From: an uncultured delta proteobacterium
GTDB lineage: Bacteria > Desulfobacterota > Binatia > UBA9968
Assembly (NCBI GenBank): GCA_963840855.1
Contig: CAWJBB010000085.1
Span: forward strand, 32,001 to 96,000
DNA length: 64,000 nt
Direction: 5' to 3'
This document shows, piece after piece, positions 21,158 to 31,286 of this stretch. The notes below the pieces were generated by a model. It did not search any database. It saw only the letters and a list, made by a program, of their open reading frames with translations, and was not told the DNA's origin. A program made the translations under genes and the position numbers. Every line of letters begins with the position of its first letter. The first letter of the stretch is position 1.

Positions 21158-21665
21158 TCCGATATCTCTAAAAATTCATTCGCTGTCATCTTCATCAACG
21201 TCTTGAACGAAGCGTAGCGATTGAACGACTTGAACGTTTGGAACTGACTGCTGTCTAAATTAAATGATGTGCCAGACGTGACCGGGAAGAAAATGGCGGT
21301 GGGCGCGCGGCATCGGTTCTCCTTAGAGGACCCGAGACCTCGTTTTTGATGGGCGACTGAAAAAAAGTACGCCGGATATCTGTAACGATTAGGTGCAGGG
21401 TTCGAATCAAGTGAGAGACTCGCCGTTCAAGAAATCGTTTTCTCAAAGGGCTAACAAGCTCGATGGACACGTGTCACAAAATTAAAACTTGACAGGAAAA
21501 TTATAGGATGTCCCCTTAATCCTCGCTGCGCTGCCCGAGCCGACCGAAACAATATTGCAAATTTCACCAATCGCTCCGACGATTGACACCTTCGCCGATT
21601 CAGCGATATATCTCCGGTCAGAAAAAAAGATGGTTTAAATTTCCTATACATCGTGGAGATAAAAC

Positions 21666-22799
21666 ATGAAAAGCGTTTTACGTAAGACGCATGCGTTTTT
21701 ACTTGTCCTTGCGTGCTGTATGACCAGCTATAACGTTTCTTCTCTTGCCGCTTCCGCAGCAGTGCTTAATGCAAAAAAGGGGGCGGAAGGCCGCGGTTAC
21801 ATTTTTGAGATGAGCCACGATGATATCGTGGCCAAAGCAAAACAGGAGAAGGGAAAGATGCGGGGCTTTGTCGCCCATAGTGCGGAAACCAATAGGGTCA
21901 TGGCAGCGGCTTTCAAGGCCGAGTATCCCTTCGTCGATCCTCAGATCGAGGAGCACGCTGGTACCGACACCGCGCAAGCGTTTGTGACGCAGATGAAAGC
22001 AGGCATGGTTAAAGGCTGGGATTCTGTCCACTTAACCGAAGACTTCTTTAACGAATTTCTGCCTTATCTCAAAAAATTCGATATTTTGGGAATGGCTCAA
22101 CACGGAGTCTTGCGCATCCCGACTCAGACTGTAGATCCGTTTAACCGAAATATAGTGGCTGTTAACAGCGGTATTCAGGTCGTAGCCTTTAACGAACGGA
22201 TGCTTCCACAGGATCAGGTCCCAAACCAATGGGACGAGTTCCTTAAGCCCGAGTTCAAGGGAAGGAAGTTCATCGCCGACATTCGACCTACAGAGGTCGC
22301 AGCACTCGTACCGGCTTGGGGTTTGGAAAGGACCCTGGAATTTGCCCGGAAAATAGCCGCGCAGCAGCCTATCTGGATTCGTGGGGGCTCAAGAATTCTC
22401 ACGGCAATGGCAGCTGGCGAGTATACCCTATTTTTGGGACCCAACTTCAATACCGTCATGCGAATAAAAATGAAAGATCCCACTAAGAGCCTAAACTACA
22501 AGATGGTCGAGCCAATTCCCACTCGGGCCCTTACTGAACCTCTTAGTGTTCTTAGCACTGCCGATCGCCCTTACACTGCTCTTTTATGGATAGAGTTCCA
22601 AATTTCGCCGATGGGTCAAAAACTAATAGATGAATATCACCCCTATGGCGCCTCGATTTTTATTCCCGACACTGCCCAGGAGAAGGCTACCAGAGGAAAG
22701 CAGCTTTCTGTAGTGGACTGGGAGCATCTCATTAAGCTGAAGGATTATCAGGCTAAGGTTGTGGAAGCGTACGGCTTTCCCAAGGCGGCAACCAGGTAA
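21666..22799 (+). CDS. ABC transporter extracellular solute-binding protein (Fe3+/thiamine-type family), orphan
   Basis: Signal peptide, F...YPFVD, FNERM...P.QWDEFLKPEFKG, A.RP.TALLWIEF..S..GQ. Confidence 0.8.
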   Translation: MKSVLRKTHAFLLVLACCMTSYNVSSLAASAAVLNAKKGAEGRGYIFEMSHDDIVAKAKQEKGKMRGFVAHSAETNRVMAAAFKAEYPFVDPQIEEHAGTDTAQAFVTQMKAGMVKGWDSVHLTEDFFNEFLPYLKKFDILGMAQHGVLRIPTQTVDPFNRNIVAVNSGIQVVAFNERMLPQDQVPNQWDEFLKPEFKGRKFIADIRPTEVAALVPAWGLERTLEFARKIAAQQPIWIRGGSRILTAMAAGEYTLFLGPNFNTVMRIKMKDPTKSLNYKMVEPIPTRALTEPLSVLSTADRPYTALLWIEFQISPMGQKLIDEYHPYGASIFIPDTAQEKATRGKQLSVVDWEHLIKLKDYQAKVVEAYGFPKAATR

Positions 22800-23043
22800 G
22801 CGAAAAGCTTGTGCATGGGACAGGAGAGAGGAAATAGATTTCCTCTTTCCTGCTCTGAAGATATCGCGGTAAGAAACGGCAATCTTAAGCGGCAAGTTCG
22901 TGCCGTGCCGCCGGGCGCTCATCCTCCTGAGGTAACGCTCACGTTTTCGGAATTCCGAAAATGCGATGGTAGTCGGCCTTCGCAATCCGATGTTAGTCTA
23001 ACAGCGAACCGCCACGCAGCCTGCCCGCTAAACTAAGACAAAA

Positions 23044-23225
23044 CTATCGGCGCGTGATCTGGCTGCCGACGGTAGTAACAGTGATGTGCGACATCGTGGT
23101 ATCGGCTTTAGCGCCATGCCAGTGGCGCTCGCCGGCTTTGATATGCACGACATCGCCAACGCTGATCTCACGCTCATCCTTCTCTGTCGCGACCCTGCCG
23201 CTACCGGATGTGACGACCAAGATCC
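23044..23225 (-). pseudogene. C-terminal half of a cupin protein, 5' end replaced by an IS91 fragment
   Basis: ILVVTSGSGRV...GDVVHIKAGERHWHGA...MSHI; upstream sequence is the IS91 fragment. Confidence 0.7.
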
Positions 23226-23240
23226 CGCCTCGCCGCCCTG

Positions 23241-23560
23241 GTGCCGCGCCCACGCTTACATCTGATCCGCTTCCATGGCGTGCCCGCGCCCAACGCAAAG
23301 TTGTGCTCTGAAATTATCCCCAGTCCGGTAGAGCAAGCAACAGAGCCCTCATGCGATCACGCTGACGCGCAAGGTGCGCCGGCGCGCATGAGTTGGGCCA
23401 GGCTACTCAAACGGGTCTTCGACATCGACATCGAACACTGCCCGAACTGCGGCGGCAGCTTAAAGATCATCGCCGCGATCGAAGACCCGCCGGTGATTGT
23501 CAAAATCCTCACCCATTTGGGCCTACCGGCCCGCGTCCCGCCGCGCGCGCCGGCGCAGAG
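23241..23560 (+). pseudogene. IS91/ISCR-family (Y2) transposase C-terminal fragment
   Basis: VPRPRLHLIRFHGV.APNAKL, MSWARLLKRVFDIDIEHCPNCGG.LKIIAAIEDPPVI.KILTHLGL. Confidence 0.88.
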
Positions 23561-23566
23561 TACATT

Positions 23567-24596
23567 TAGGGTTAGGCATGAGCAACTGAATCAAGCCAGC
23601 TTCTTAACCACCCGATCCAGCAGGCGGCAAAAAACTCGATCCCCCTTCAACCGCTCCTCCGCCCGCCGGATCGCGTGGCTGGGCGTTGACGACTCCTTGA
23701 CCTGGAGAAATCTCGCCAGTTCCGCCATCCTGACAACCCCATGCCGCCGAGCCACATAACAAACTAACTCGCGGCTCGCTTTGACCCGTTCCCCGCGCTG
23801 CCGGTTTCTCATCTCGGCTTGCTCAACTCCCGTCACCTCGCTCACGCTCTTGATGATCCGTTGCAGCGGGTAGCCTCTTTCACTGGTTGCCGTAGTTTTT
23901 GCTTTCCTACCGACCGTTTCGATAAACTCTTCGTCGCCGACATAGATCTGCTGCTTCACCTGCGGCGCCACGTTGCGCAACCCTTCGCCTCGACTGCCTT
24001 CGACAAACTCTCGGTATTGGTGGAGCCGCACGCTCTTGCCGCCGCTCAATTGCTCCAGCACCGCCTCGCTCTTCAATCCTGGTATCCCTTTACCTCTGAT
24101 ATAGGATCCATAACTGCTCCAGCGATAGTCTTGAGGCCGATCGGCGGCCTTGGCACTGACTGGATTCAAGTGAATGTAACGGCTGACTTGCAGCAAATAA
24201 TTGTCTCTGTCCACCACCATCGCCTTGTAGCGCTGCTCGAAGACATGCCCGCTGCGGCCGTGCCGTTTGTTAAAATAGACCGTATAGCTCGTCTGAAACG
24301 CCTGCATCATCTTGGAGAGATTCCCCTGCGGGGTCGCCAAAAGCAAATGCACGTGGTTGGACATAAGGCAGTACGCTAGCAGATCGACTTTCTTCTCCTG
24401 GCAGTAAAGTGACAGTTTCTCAAGGTAGCGCCGTCGGTCCCGCTCGTCGCGATAGATCGTTTGGCGATTGTTGCCGCGGCAGATCACATGGTAGACCGCT
24501 CCCGGATACTCGATTCGAACAGGTCGTGCCATGCCCCGGAATTAGCTCAAGTGGCTTCGATTTGCAAGTTCATACATTTATGCAGGCCTGACCCTA
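23567..24596 (-). mobile_element. RAYT-type element bounded by ~14-bp inverted repeats
   Basis: TAGGGTTAGGCATG (23567-23580) vs reverse complement TAGGGTCAGGCCTG (24583-24596); both neighbouring genes are truncated at these ends. Confidence 0.65.
23591..24532 (-). CDS. REP-associated tyrosine (Y1/HUH) transposase with C-terminal DnaA-C-like HTH
   Basis: MARPVRIEYPGAVYHVICRGNNR, YCLMSNHVHLL, GHVFEQRY, YIHLNPV, YRWSSY. Confidence 0.92.
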   Translation of the reverse strand: MARPVRIEYPGAVYHVICRGNNRQTIYRDERDRRRYLEKLSLYCQEKKVDLLAYCLMSNHVHLLLATPQGNLSKMMQAFQTSYTVYFNKRHGRSGHVFEQRYKAMVVDRDNYLLQVSRYIHLNPVSAKAADRPQDYRWSSYGSYIRGKGIPGLKSEAVLEQLSGGKSVRLHQYREFVEGSRGEGLRNVAPQVKQQIYVGDEEFIETVGRKAKTTATSERGYPLQRIIKSVSEVTGVEQAEMRNRQRGERVKASRELVCYVARRHGVVRMAELARFLQVKESSTPSHAIRRAEERLKGDRVFCRLLDRVVKKLA

Positions 24597-24599
24597 GTT

Positions 24600-24745
24600 C
24601 CCTCCCTGGCGATCAAATCCGGGTTGACAAAATGAACAACGCCCACCTCCTTGGATAGAAACTCGCGCGCGAAAGTGGTTTTGCCCGCGCCATTGGGACC
24701 CGCGATGATGATACAAAGCGGCGATGCGCGGATTGGTTTAGCCAT
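24600..24745 (-). pseudogene. N-terminal fragment of a zeta-toxin/AAA_33-like P-loop protein
   Basis: [19 protein letters not shown]...FVNPDLIA; ends at the RAYT IR. Confidence 0.8.
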
Positions 24746-24958
24746 TGATGCGCGATTCTAGTTGCGGGGCTTCAATGATGCAAACCGGAAGCGTTACCGC
24801 AGTTCCAAGGATTAACGGTCGACCTGATAGTATAGAGGCTGACAATCTTTCCAATCGTTGAAAAAACGGACACGTTCACGAATCACGAGAACGTCTCGTA
24901 CCACTTCAGTTTGCGCTGGAGCATGAACTCTACTATATGAGCGCCCAGGGGGAATCCT

Positions 24959-25624
24959 ATGAAGCACAACCGAAAAACGTTGATATCAAATCATGACCCT
25001 GTTGTTCGCGCGTGGTTGGCTTTGCTGTTCGGCTGGGTGCTATTGGCCGGAAGCGCTCAACTCGAAGCTCAAGTTGGCCCAGCGGGGAACACGGTTGCCG
25101 TTGCCGGATCACTGATTTCCGTTCAGGGTCAAGACGTGATGGTCGAGACCAAGAGCGGACCGGAACGGGTACAGCTGTCGGATAAGACCGTCATCCGGGG
25201 CGAGGTTCCCATCAAATTTTCCGATATTACGTCAGGCATGTACGTCGCCGCCACAGCGGAAAAGCAGCCGGACGGGACCTTCCGCGCCACCCGCTTGAAT
25301 GTATTCTCAGAAGACCAGCGCGGCACCGGTGAGGGTCACAGACCGCTGTCTTCGGCGCCGCAAAGTGGCTTGACGATGACCAACGCCAATGTCGAGACCG
25401 TGGAAGACGTGGCGGTGCAAAACGTCAAAGGCCGGATGCTGACCCTCAAGTACAAGGGCGGTGAGATCAAAGTTCTGGTGCCGCCGGACGCTCCCGTCGC
25501 AAAGCGCGTCCTCGGTGACCGGTCACTGCTCAGGCCCGGCGCTGAAGTCTCAGTCCAGGCATCCCAAGCCGCGGACGGCTCAAGAACCGCAACACAAATA
25601 ACGGTGAGGGCATCGGCCCGGTAA
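24959..25624 (+). CDS. Exported DUF5666-like protein
   Basis: Signal peptide; DITSGMYVAATA..QPDG, GEGHRP, TMTNANV, LKYKGGE..VLVPPDAPV. Confidence 0.7.
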   Translation: MKHNRKTLISNHDPVVRAWLALLFGWVLLAGSAQLEAQVGPAGNTVAVAGSLISVQGQDVMVETKSGPERVQLSDKTVIRGEVPIKFSDITSGMYVAATAEKQPDGTFRATRLNVFSEDQRGTGEGHRPLSSAPQSGLTMTNANVETVEDVAVQNVKGRMLTLKYKGGEIKVLVPPDAPVAKRVLGDRSLLRPGAEVSVQASQAADGSRTATQITVRASAR

Positions 25625-25625
25625 G

Positions 25626-25727
25626 GCCTGACGGCCGTTCAAAGTTCAACGGCTCACGCCCGTTCAAGGTTCAATGTTCAAGGTTCAACGTAAAACAACC
25701 CGGGTTCCAACCGTTCAAAACGTTCGA
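25626..25727. repeat. GTTCAA heptamer-type intergenic repeat element
   Basis: GCCTGACGGC.GTTCAAAGTTCAA...GTTCAATGTTCAAGGTTCAACGTAA; similar copy at 27232. Confidence 0.8.
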
Positions 25728-26000
25728 AGGGTTGTTATTAGCGGCCTGTAACGGTTGATTCACGTCTAAGTTCGAAGAACCCTTCGACTAGCTCAGGAAA
25801 AGAGAGCCCAGTAAAACCAATCGTGCGTTAGTGTGATCGTCGTCGATCCTTGCCGCCGGATGCAAACGCCGGCCAAATGTTGAATTCATTTTACTTCGTT
25901 CCGTTCAAATAGTTGAATAACGAACACGATCACGCTTCACGAGCACGTCTTTTGAATTCTCAAAACGTCGAAATGATCGGCGCTAGCGTCGCCAACTTGC

Positions 26001-27202
26001 TCAATTTGTGAAGGGCAGTTTCAAGAACTTGATCCGCTGGCCGGCGCGCAGTTCGTCCAGCGGGTAATGAGTGCCGCGCCAGTCGATGCCGTTGTTGCGC
26101 AGGCATTGAAACCCGGCGCGCAGCATCATCAGGCTGATCAATAGTATGCCGGCGGGAAACAGCAGCAGACTCGCGAACTCTGCTCGGCCTTCGTGATAAT
26201 AGAAAAGAGCAAAAACGACATGCATGCCGATAACGGCCGTGGCAGGCTATCCATAAGGGGCGCCGATCCTAGCATGATTGCGCAGGCTGCCGCGGCAACG
26301 GGAGCGGCGACCAGCGTCCAGATCGTGGCCACCTGCAGAAGCATCAACCACCATCGGTATTGTGACCCGAGTCCGAAGAGGTTTTTCTCCAGCCCTTTAA
26401 ACATGGCGGGAACCGATTCATACCAGCGCACGCTCAGTTCGTCGTAGGCGATGGCCACACGCGAAGCGCCCCCTGCCCGTTTGATCATCATCCCCAGCCC
26501 GACGTCGTCGACCGTTTCCAAACGTAACCACTCGAAGCCGGCGGTGCGGCGAAACATCTCTGCTTTGACCAGATTGAACGCGCCGATGCCGACAAAGGAG
26601 TTGCTCCCCGGCCGATTCACGCCGGCGGCGCGCGTGGTTAGTAAAAACAACAAACCGAAAGCGCGCACCGCGACCGCCAGCCAGAAACCGCTTTGAACGA
26701 TGTGCGGGATCAGCGTCAGATGGTCGGCGCCCTGGCGTATCGCTACGGCGATAACCTGGCGCAATGCCCCTTCGGAAAAGTGGATGTCGGCGTCGGTAAA
26801 AAGCAACCATTCGCCGCGGGCCATCTCGACGCCGCGCTGCAAAGCGTGCACCTTGCCGAGCCAGCCTGCCGGCAGACTCGTCACGTGAATGGCGCGAACC
26901 CGTGAGTCCGCCTTGGCAAGCCGGTCGATCACTTCAGCGGTGCCGTCGGTGGAACGATCATTGACCAGGATTATTTCGAGATCCGGATAGTCTTGCCGCG
27001 TCAGAGTTGTGACGGCGGACGCAAGATGCGCGGCCTCGTTGCACGCGGGAATGATGATGCTGAGCGGCGGCCAGCGCTCCGGCGGAGAAACCAACTGTCG
27101 ATTCAATACCGGCAGTTGCTTGAGCGCCCACATGAGATAGCCGAAAGCCAGCACCCACGCGCCGCACAAGGCAACGCAAAAAATTTGCAGTGGGACATCC
27201 AT
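26001..27202 (-). CDS. Family 2 glycosyltransferase (membrane-bound, CrtQ/HpnB-like); apparent frameshift near 26245
   Basis: SIIIPACNE, NDRSTDGT, GWLGKVHAL, LFTDAD, DDVGLG, C-terminal GIDWRGTHY. Confidence 0.88.
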
Positions 27203-27231
27203 GAAGTCAATTTACTCCACACCAGACCGAC

Positions 27232-27420
27232 GCCTGACGGCGGTTCAAAGTTCAATGTTCAAGGTTCAACGTAACCGAACCTGACAATCGTTCAAAACGT
27301 TCAATCGCTTTCCTTCGACTTTGCTTCGCGGCGCTCAGGACAGGCGCTCCGTTCAAGTCGTTCAACCGCTTTCCTCCCGCTTTGCTGCGCGCCTCTCAGG
27401 ACAGACGCTCAGTTCAAATC
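27232..27420. repeat. GTTCAA repeat element carrying two CCTTCG..CTCAGGACA-type inserts
   Basis: Direct repeat of the 25626 element; inserts at ~27312-27345 and ~27372-27406. Confidence 0.75.
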
Positions 27421-27577
27421 GATATCGGAAACAAGACATGGCGAGGTTTGTTTCATTCGCTCCAAGCGTTCCATTGCCTTGCACTCAGTGGACGGTTTAC
27501 CTCTGACTATTGCCTGTTGCCTTCCGCCTGGAGCCTACGGAACACCATGCATGCGCGTAAACAAAGATCGCCTGCTC

Positions 27578-28276
27578 TCAGCGTCCGCGGGTGGCTGCAA
27601 TGCGCCAGAGATAGATAGTTCGTGTGAGTCCGGCGGAGTCTTTGAGTTGCTCGGTTTTAGCCGGCGTCCAATCGCCCATGGCAAATTGGTGGGAAACCAC
27701 TCGCGAACCCGGCTTTAACTGGCTTCGGATCGCTCGCCGTAGCCGGAGATTGGCGTTGGGAGAGAGATACATTGTCACGACGCTGGCCGGCGACAGGTCC
27801 ACCGATCGTATATCCTGCTCGCGGATCTCGACTAAATTTTCCAAACCTTCTTGTTTGATTGCTCTTCGCGATTCCTCGACGAGCGCATGATCGATCTCGA
27901 AGCCAACCGCCTTGATCCCGTATTTTTTTGCCGCCGCGATGACAATCCTGCCGTCGCCGGAGCCAAGGTCGTACAAGACGTCTCCTGGCGTGATCTCTGC
28001 CAGCTCCAGCATTCTAGCTACCACCTCCTCAGGAGTACGGACGAAAGGGGCAATGTAGGGCGACTCGCGGTCGTGATCGTTGGCGTGAGCGATAGCGACA
28101 CGGCTTTCCTTCTGATGGCTAACCGCCGCCGCAAGCACGAAGAGACAAACGGCGAATACTATAGGCATTCCGCGCGAGGCAACAGGCACAAGTCGAGAAA
28201 GAAGTCTCGGGTTACTCACGGCCGGGGCGCGGAGAAGCCGGAGTTTAAAGCATAGGTTTAGAAACACTTCTGTCAT
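27578..28276 (-). CDS. Class I SAM-dependent methyltransferase (start uncertain)
   Basis: APFVRTPEEVV, YDLGSGDGRIV, ASVVTMYL, LKPGSRVVSH. Confidence 0.88.
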   Translation of the reverse strand: MTEVFLNLCFKLRLLRAPAVSNPRLLSRLVPVASRGMPIVFAVCLFVLAAAVSHQKESRVAIAHANDHDRESPYIAPFVRTPEEVVARMLELAEITPGDVLYDLGSGDGRIVIAAAKKYGIKAVGFEIDHALVEESRRAIKQEGLENLVEIREQDIRSVDLSPASVVTMYLSPNANLRLRRAIRSQLKPGSRVVSHQFAMGDWTPAKTEQLKDSAGLTRTIYLWRIAATRGR

Positions 28277-28367
28277 CTGCGCACTCGCACAAGCTAAAGA
28301 AAAAGATGAGATTGAGGAAAGGCTTCATTTTGCCATTTTTCACAAACGTCTATTGCCGGGAATGTCA

Positions 28368-28403
28368 GCCCTCACCCTTCCCTCTCGCAAGCGGGCGAAG
28401 GTA
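28368..28403. repeat. REP-like palindrome (CCCTCACCC...CTCTCGCAAGCGGGCGAAGG)
   Basis: Imperfect hairpin downstream of the acyl-CoA dehydrogenase. Confidence 0.45.
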
Positions 28404-28438
28404 TGGATCGACAATGAATCACGTGCCCTATAAAACGG

Positions 28439-29575
28439 TTATCCCTGCGCTCGAACCTGGCGCGGATACAAGACATCCACCATCGCCCGTTTGTGGTGCA
28501 GCGGTGTGCCCAAATATTGATAAAGCGAATGGGCCAGTACGCTGTGGGCCATCAAGGGATGCTTGTAGTCGGTTCCCGGTCCGGCAAAGACCATGTGCGC
28601 AAAGTTGCAGGACTGATAGTACGCTTCGCTCGCCACGGCCTTGGCTTGATGCACGTTGGCGGCGGCCGGTATGCCGGAATCGATTTTCCACAGCGTCTCG
28701 TAAGTGATCCAGCGCGCGCCGTCGACGTGGATCGAAATATCGACGCAGTGATCTTGCACCCGTTGAAAGCGGCCGATGGGCTGGCCGAAGACCACCCGCG
28801 TGCGCGTATACTCGTTGGTCATCTCAAAGATTTCCTGACAGGCGCCGACTTTGTAAGCGCAGAGAATCGGCAGCGCTTTATACAACGCCCGCTCCACCGT
28901 GTCCCAGCGGCCATTGACCTCGCCGATGATGCTCTCAGCTCCAACCTCCACATTGGCGAAGCTCACTTCCGCCGCGCCGATCATAAAGCCGAATATCGGT
29001 TTCACGGTCACTCCCGGCGCCCCCCGGTCAATCAGCGCTAGGGTTACGCCACCGCTTTCCCGCCGCGCCGCGCAGATAAAATGTGTCGCTGCGTCGCCAT
29101 CAAACACGTATCGCTTGGTCCCGCTGAGGGTGAAGCCGTTGCCGGACTTGTCGATCCGCGTTTGCACCGACCGCGGCCCCCATTGGATCGGATCGTCGGA
29201 GATCGCCGGAATCACGATGGCGCTGCCGTCGCAGATTTTCGGCAGCAGGCTTTTCTTCTGCGCCTCCGAGGCGCCTTCCATAATCAACTCGGCCGCCAAC
29301 ACGCCTGAAGAAAAATATGGCCCTGGTAACGGGCCACGCCCAAGCTCCTCGAACACCACGGCGCAGTCCGTGCAAGAAGCGCCGCCACCGCCGAATTCAT
29401 CCGGCACAATCATTCCTAGCCAACCCACTTCCGCGGTTTTTTTGTACAACTGAGGTACAAACGCGGTTTTCTGCCGGTACCATTCGGTGATGACATAGGG
29501 CGGCGCTTCGGCTTTCAAAAAATCCGCCGCGACTTTTTTCAACATGTTTTGCTCGTCGTTCAATTTGAGGTCCAT
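28439..29575 (-). CDS. Acyl-CoA dehydrogenase family protein (non-catalytic-type partner subunit)
   Basis: GWLG..VPDEFGGGG, EELGR, LSGTKRYV, RVVFGQPIGRFQ. Confidence 0.9.
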   Translation of the reverse strand: MDLKLNDEQNMLKKVAADFLKAEAPPYVITEWYRQKTAFVPQLYKKTAEVGWLGMIVPDEFGGGGASCTDCAVVFEELGRGPLPGPYFSSGVLAAELIMEGASEAQKKSLLPKICDGSAIVIPAISDDPIQWGPRSVQTRIDKSGNGFTLSGTKRYVFDGDAATHFICAARRESGGVTLALIDRGAPGVTVKPIFGFMIGAAEVSFANVEVGAESIIGEVNGRWDTVERALYKALPILCAYKVGACQEIFEMTNEYTRTRVVFGQPIGRFQRVQDHCVDISIHVDGARWITYETLWKIDSGIPAAANVHQAKAVASEAYYQSCNFAHMVFAGPGTDYKHPLMAHSVLAHSLYQYLGTPLHHKRAMVDVLYPRQVRAQG

Positions 29576-29626
29576 AATATGACTCCTTATCGTTTCACCA
29601 CGAAGCGTACAGATGCTTAGGATTAT

Positions 29627-29840
29627 TCTCGCGCCAAGGCGCAAAGCACGCCAAGTGACAGGCAAGTGGCCTGTCATCCCGAGCGAATGCGAGGGATCTA
29701 TGAAAGATTTTTCTCCTCGTTCGAAATGACAATGCTCTTGCTTTGCGTCTTTGCGCCCCTTCGACTTTGCTCAGGACATGCTTTGCGCGAGATATTCCGG
29801 CGTCTGATTGCGGCTGCGCCGCATTAGGCTCTTTGTGGTT
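29627..29840. repeat. Nested palindromic intergenic repeats
   Basis: Outer arms TCTCGCGCCAAGGCGCAAAG / CTTTGCG..CC[24 bp]TTTGCGCGAGA; inner TGTCATCCCGAGC...TTCGAAATGACA. Confidence 0.8.
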
Positions 29841-29866
29841 TCTATCTCCTCCTCTTGTCACCGAAG

Positions 29867-31081
29867 TTATACTGTGGTCGGCGCGGTTTCTTGCTGCGGC
29901 CGGCCCAGGCCCAAGCGGCGCGCGATGATCAGCCGGTCGGTGTCCAGCGTCCCGCCGCCGTGGAGCCAACCCGGCCCGCTGCGCACGGTGTACTCGAAAT
30001 CGGCTTGCTCGTGCACCGACCCGTCCGGCGCCAGCGCGTCGAACCCAAGAATCTGCTGGACCCGCTCGGAATTTCGCAAGCGCACCATGCGCTGGTAGTA
30101 AAGAAACTGCGGCCCGCCATAAGGATGGGGATCGCGCACGTAGCGGTGCCAGAAGTTGCGCAGGCCCATGAGCCGTTGCACGTCGAGATCGTTGAGCATA
30201 TCGGCGATCACGTCCCGGACGTCCTGGTCTTCCAACAGGCTCGCGCCACCGAACTGGTTTTTCTGGCAGTGGTCGATCAGCCGCTTGAAGAGCGGATTTT
30301 CGGCTACGCTGCCGCCGCCGCCATGTTCTAGTTCCAAATAACTATTGGCGACCTTCCAACCGTTGTTCTCGCCGCCGACTAAATACTTGGCGGGCACCCG
30401 CACGTTGTCGAAGAACACCGCGTTCTTGATGCCCATCATCAAGTGTAAGTGTTGGATGGTGATGCCGGGCAAAGTGGCAGGGACATACAACCATCCCAGG
30501 TTCTCGTGCCGCTTTCCGCCGGGATTGGTGCAGACCAGCGTCCAGAGAAAGTCCGGCGGCAGATGGTGCCCAACCATGATCTTCTGGCCGTTGACGACGT
30601 AATGATCGCCGTCGCGCACCGCTTTGGTGAGGCAGTTTGCCACGTCGCTGCCGCCCTGCGGTTCGGTCAGCACTTGCCACACCGCCAACTCGCCGCGCAT
30701 CATGGGCGGCAAAAACTCCTGCTTCTGCTCTTCGGTGCCGAACTTCATCACGGCGGGCGCGACGAGGCGAGCCAGCGTGTAAAAGATCGAGCCGAGCGGA
30801 AGTCCATAGCGATCGATCTCAGTTTCCAGGACAAACTGATGGTCGAGGCTCAGCCCCGCGCCGCCGTATTGAGCGGGATAGGTGGGAAACAACCAGCGCT
30901 TCTGGCCTAGCTTTTTTGCCAAGCCCCGGCGAAATTGGTACTCCTCGGCGTTTTCCCGCGTCGACCATATCCCCGACCACCTCAAGTGTTCGCTGCCGCG
31001 CATGTTCTCGGCCAGCCACTCGCGCACTTCCCGGCGAAACGCGCTGATCTCCGGCGTATCCGGTTGCAAGCTAAAGTCCAT
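29867..31081 (-). CDS. Acyl-CoA dehydrogenase family protein
   Basis: FRREVREWL, FGTEEQK, LTEPQGGSD, VNGQK, VFFDNVRVP, GGENNGW. Confidence 0.9.
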   Translation of the reverse strand: MDFSLQPDTPEISAFRREVREWLAENMRGSEHLRWSGIWSTRENAEEYQFRRGLAKKLGQKRWLFPTYPAQYGGAGLSLDHQFVLETEIDRYGLPLGSIFYTLARLVAPAVMKFGTEEQKQEFLPPMMRGELAVWQVLTEPQGGSDVANCLTKAVRDGDHYVVNGQKIMVGHHLPPDFLWTLVCTNPGGKRHENLGWLYVPATLPGITIQHLHLMMGIKNAVFFDNVRVPAKYLVGGENNGWKVANSYLELEHGGGGSVAENPLFKRLIDHCQKNQFGGASLLEDQDVRDVIADMLNDLDVQRLMGLRNFWHRYVRDPHPYGGPQFLYYQRMVRLRNSERVQQILGFDALAPDGSVHEQADFEYTVRSGPGWLHGGGTLDTDRLIIARRLGLGRPQQETAPTTV

Positions 31082-31286
31082 GGTTCATCTCCTTTTCTTG
31101 TTTCAGTCTGGGGTCTAGAGTCTCGGGTCTCGTGTTAACACAAAAATCGTGTTCGTGTCTCGTGCACGAACAGACAAGTGCGAACCGTAACTAACCCATA
31201 CATTCTGTTCCGCTCAGCTGCGGCGTCGCGTTAGACGTCCGATTCCGGTCAACCTAAGACGCTAGACTCTAGACCCGAGACCCTCC

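Noticed and set aside
25626-27420. GTTCAA tracts as a CRISPR array
   Set aside because: Period is 7-9 bp with no constant repeat-spacer structure, and there are no cas genes
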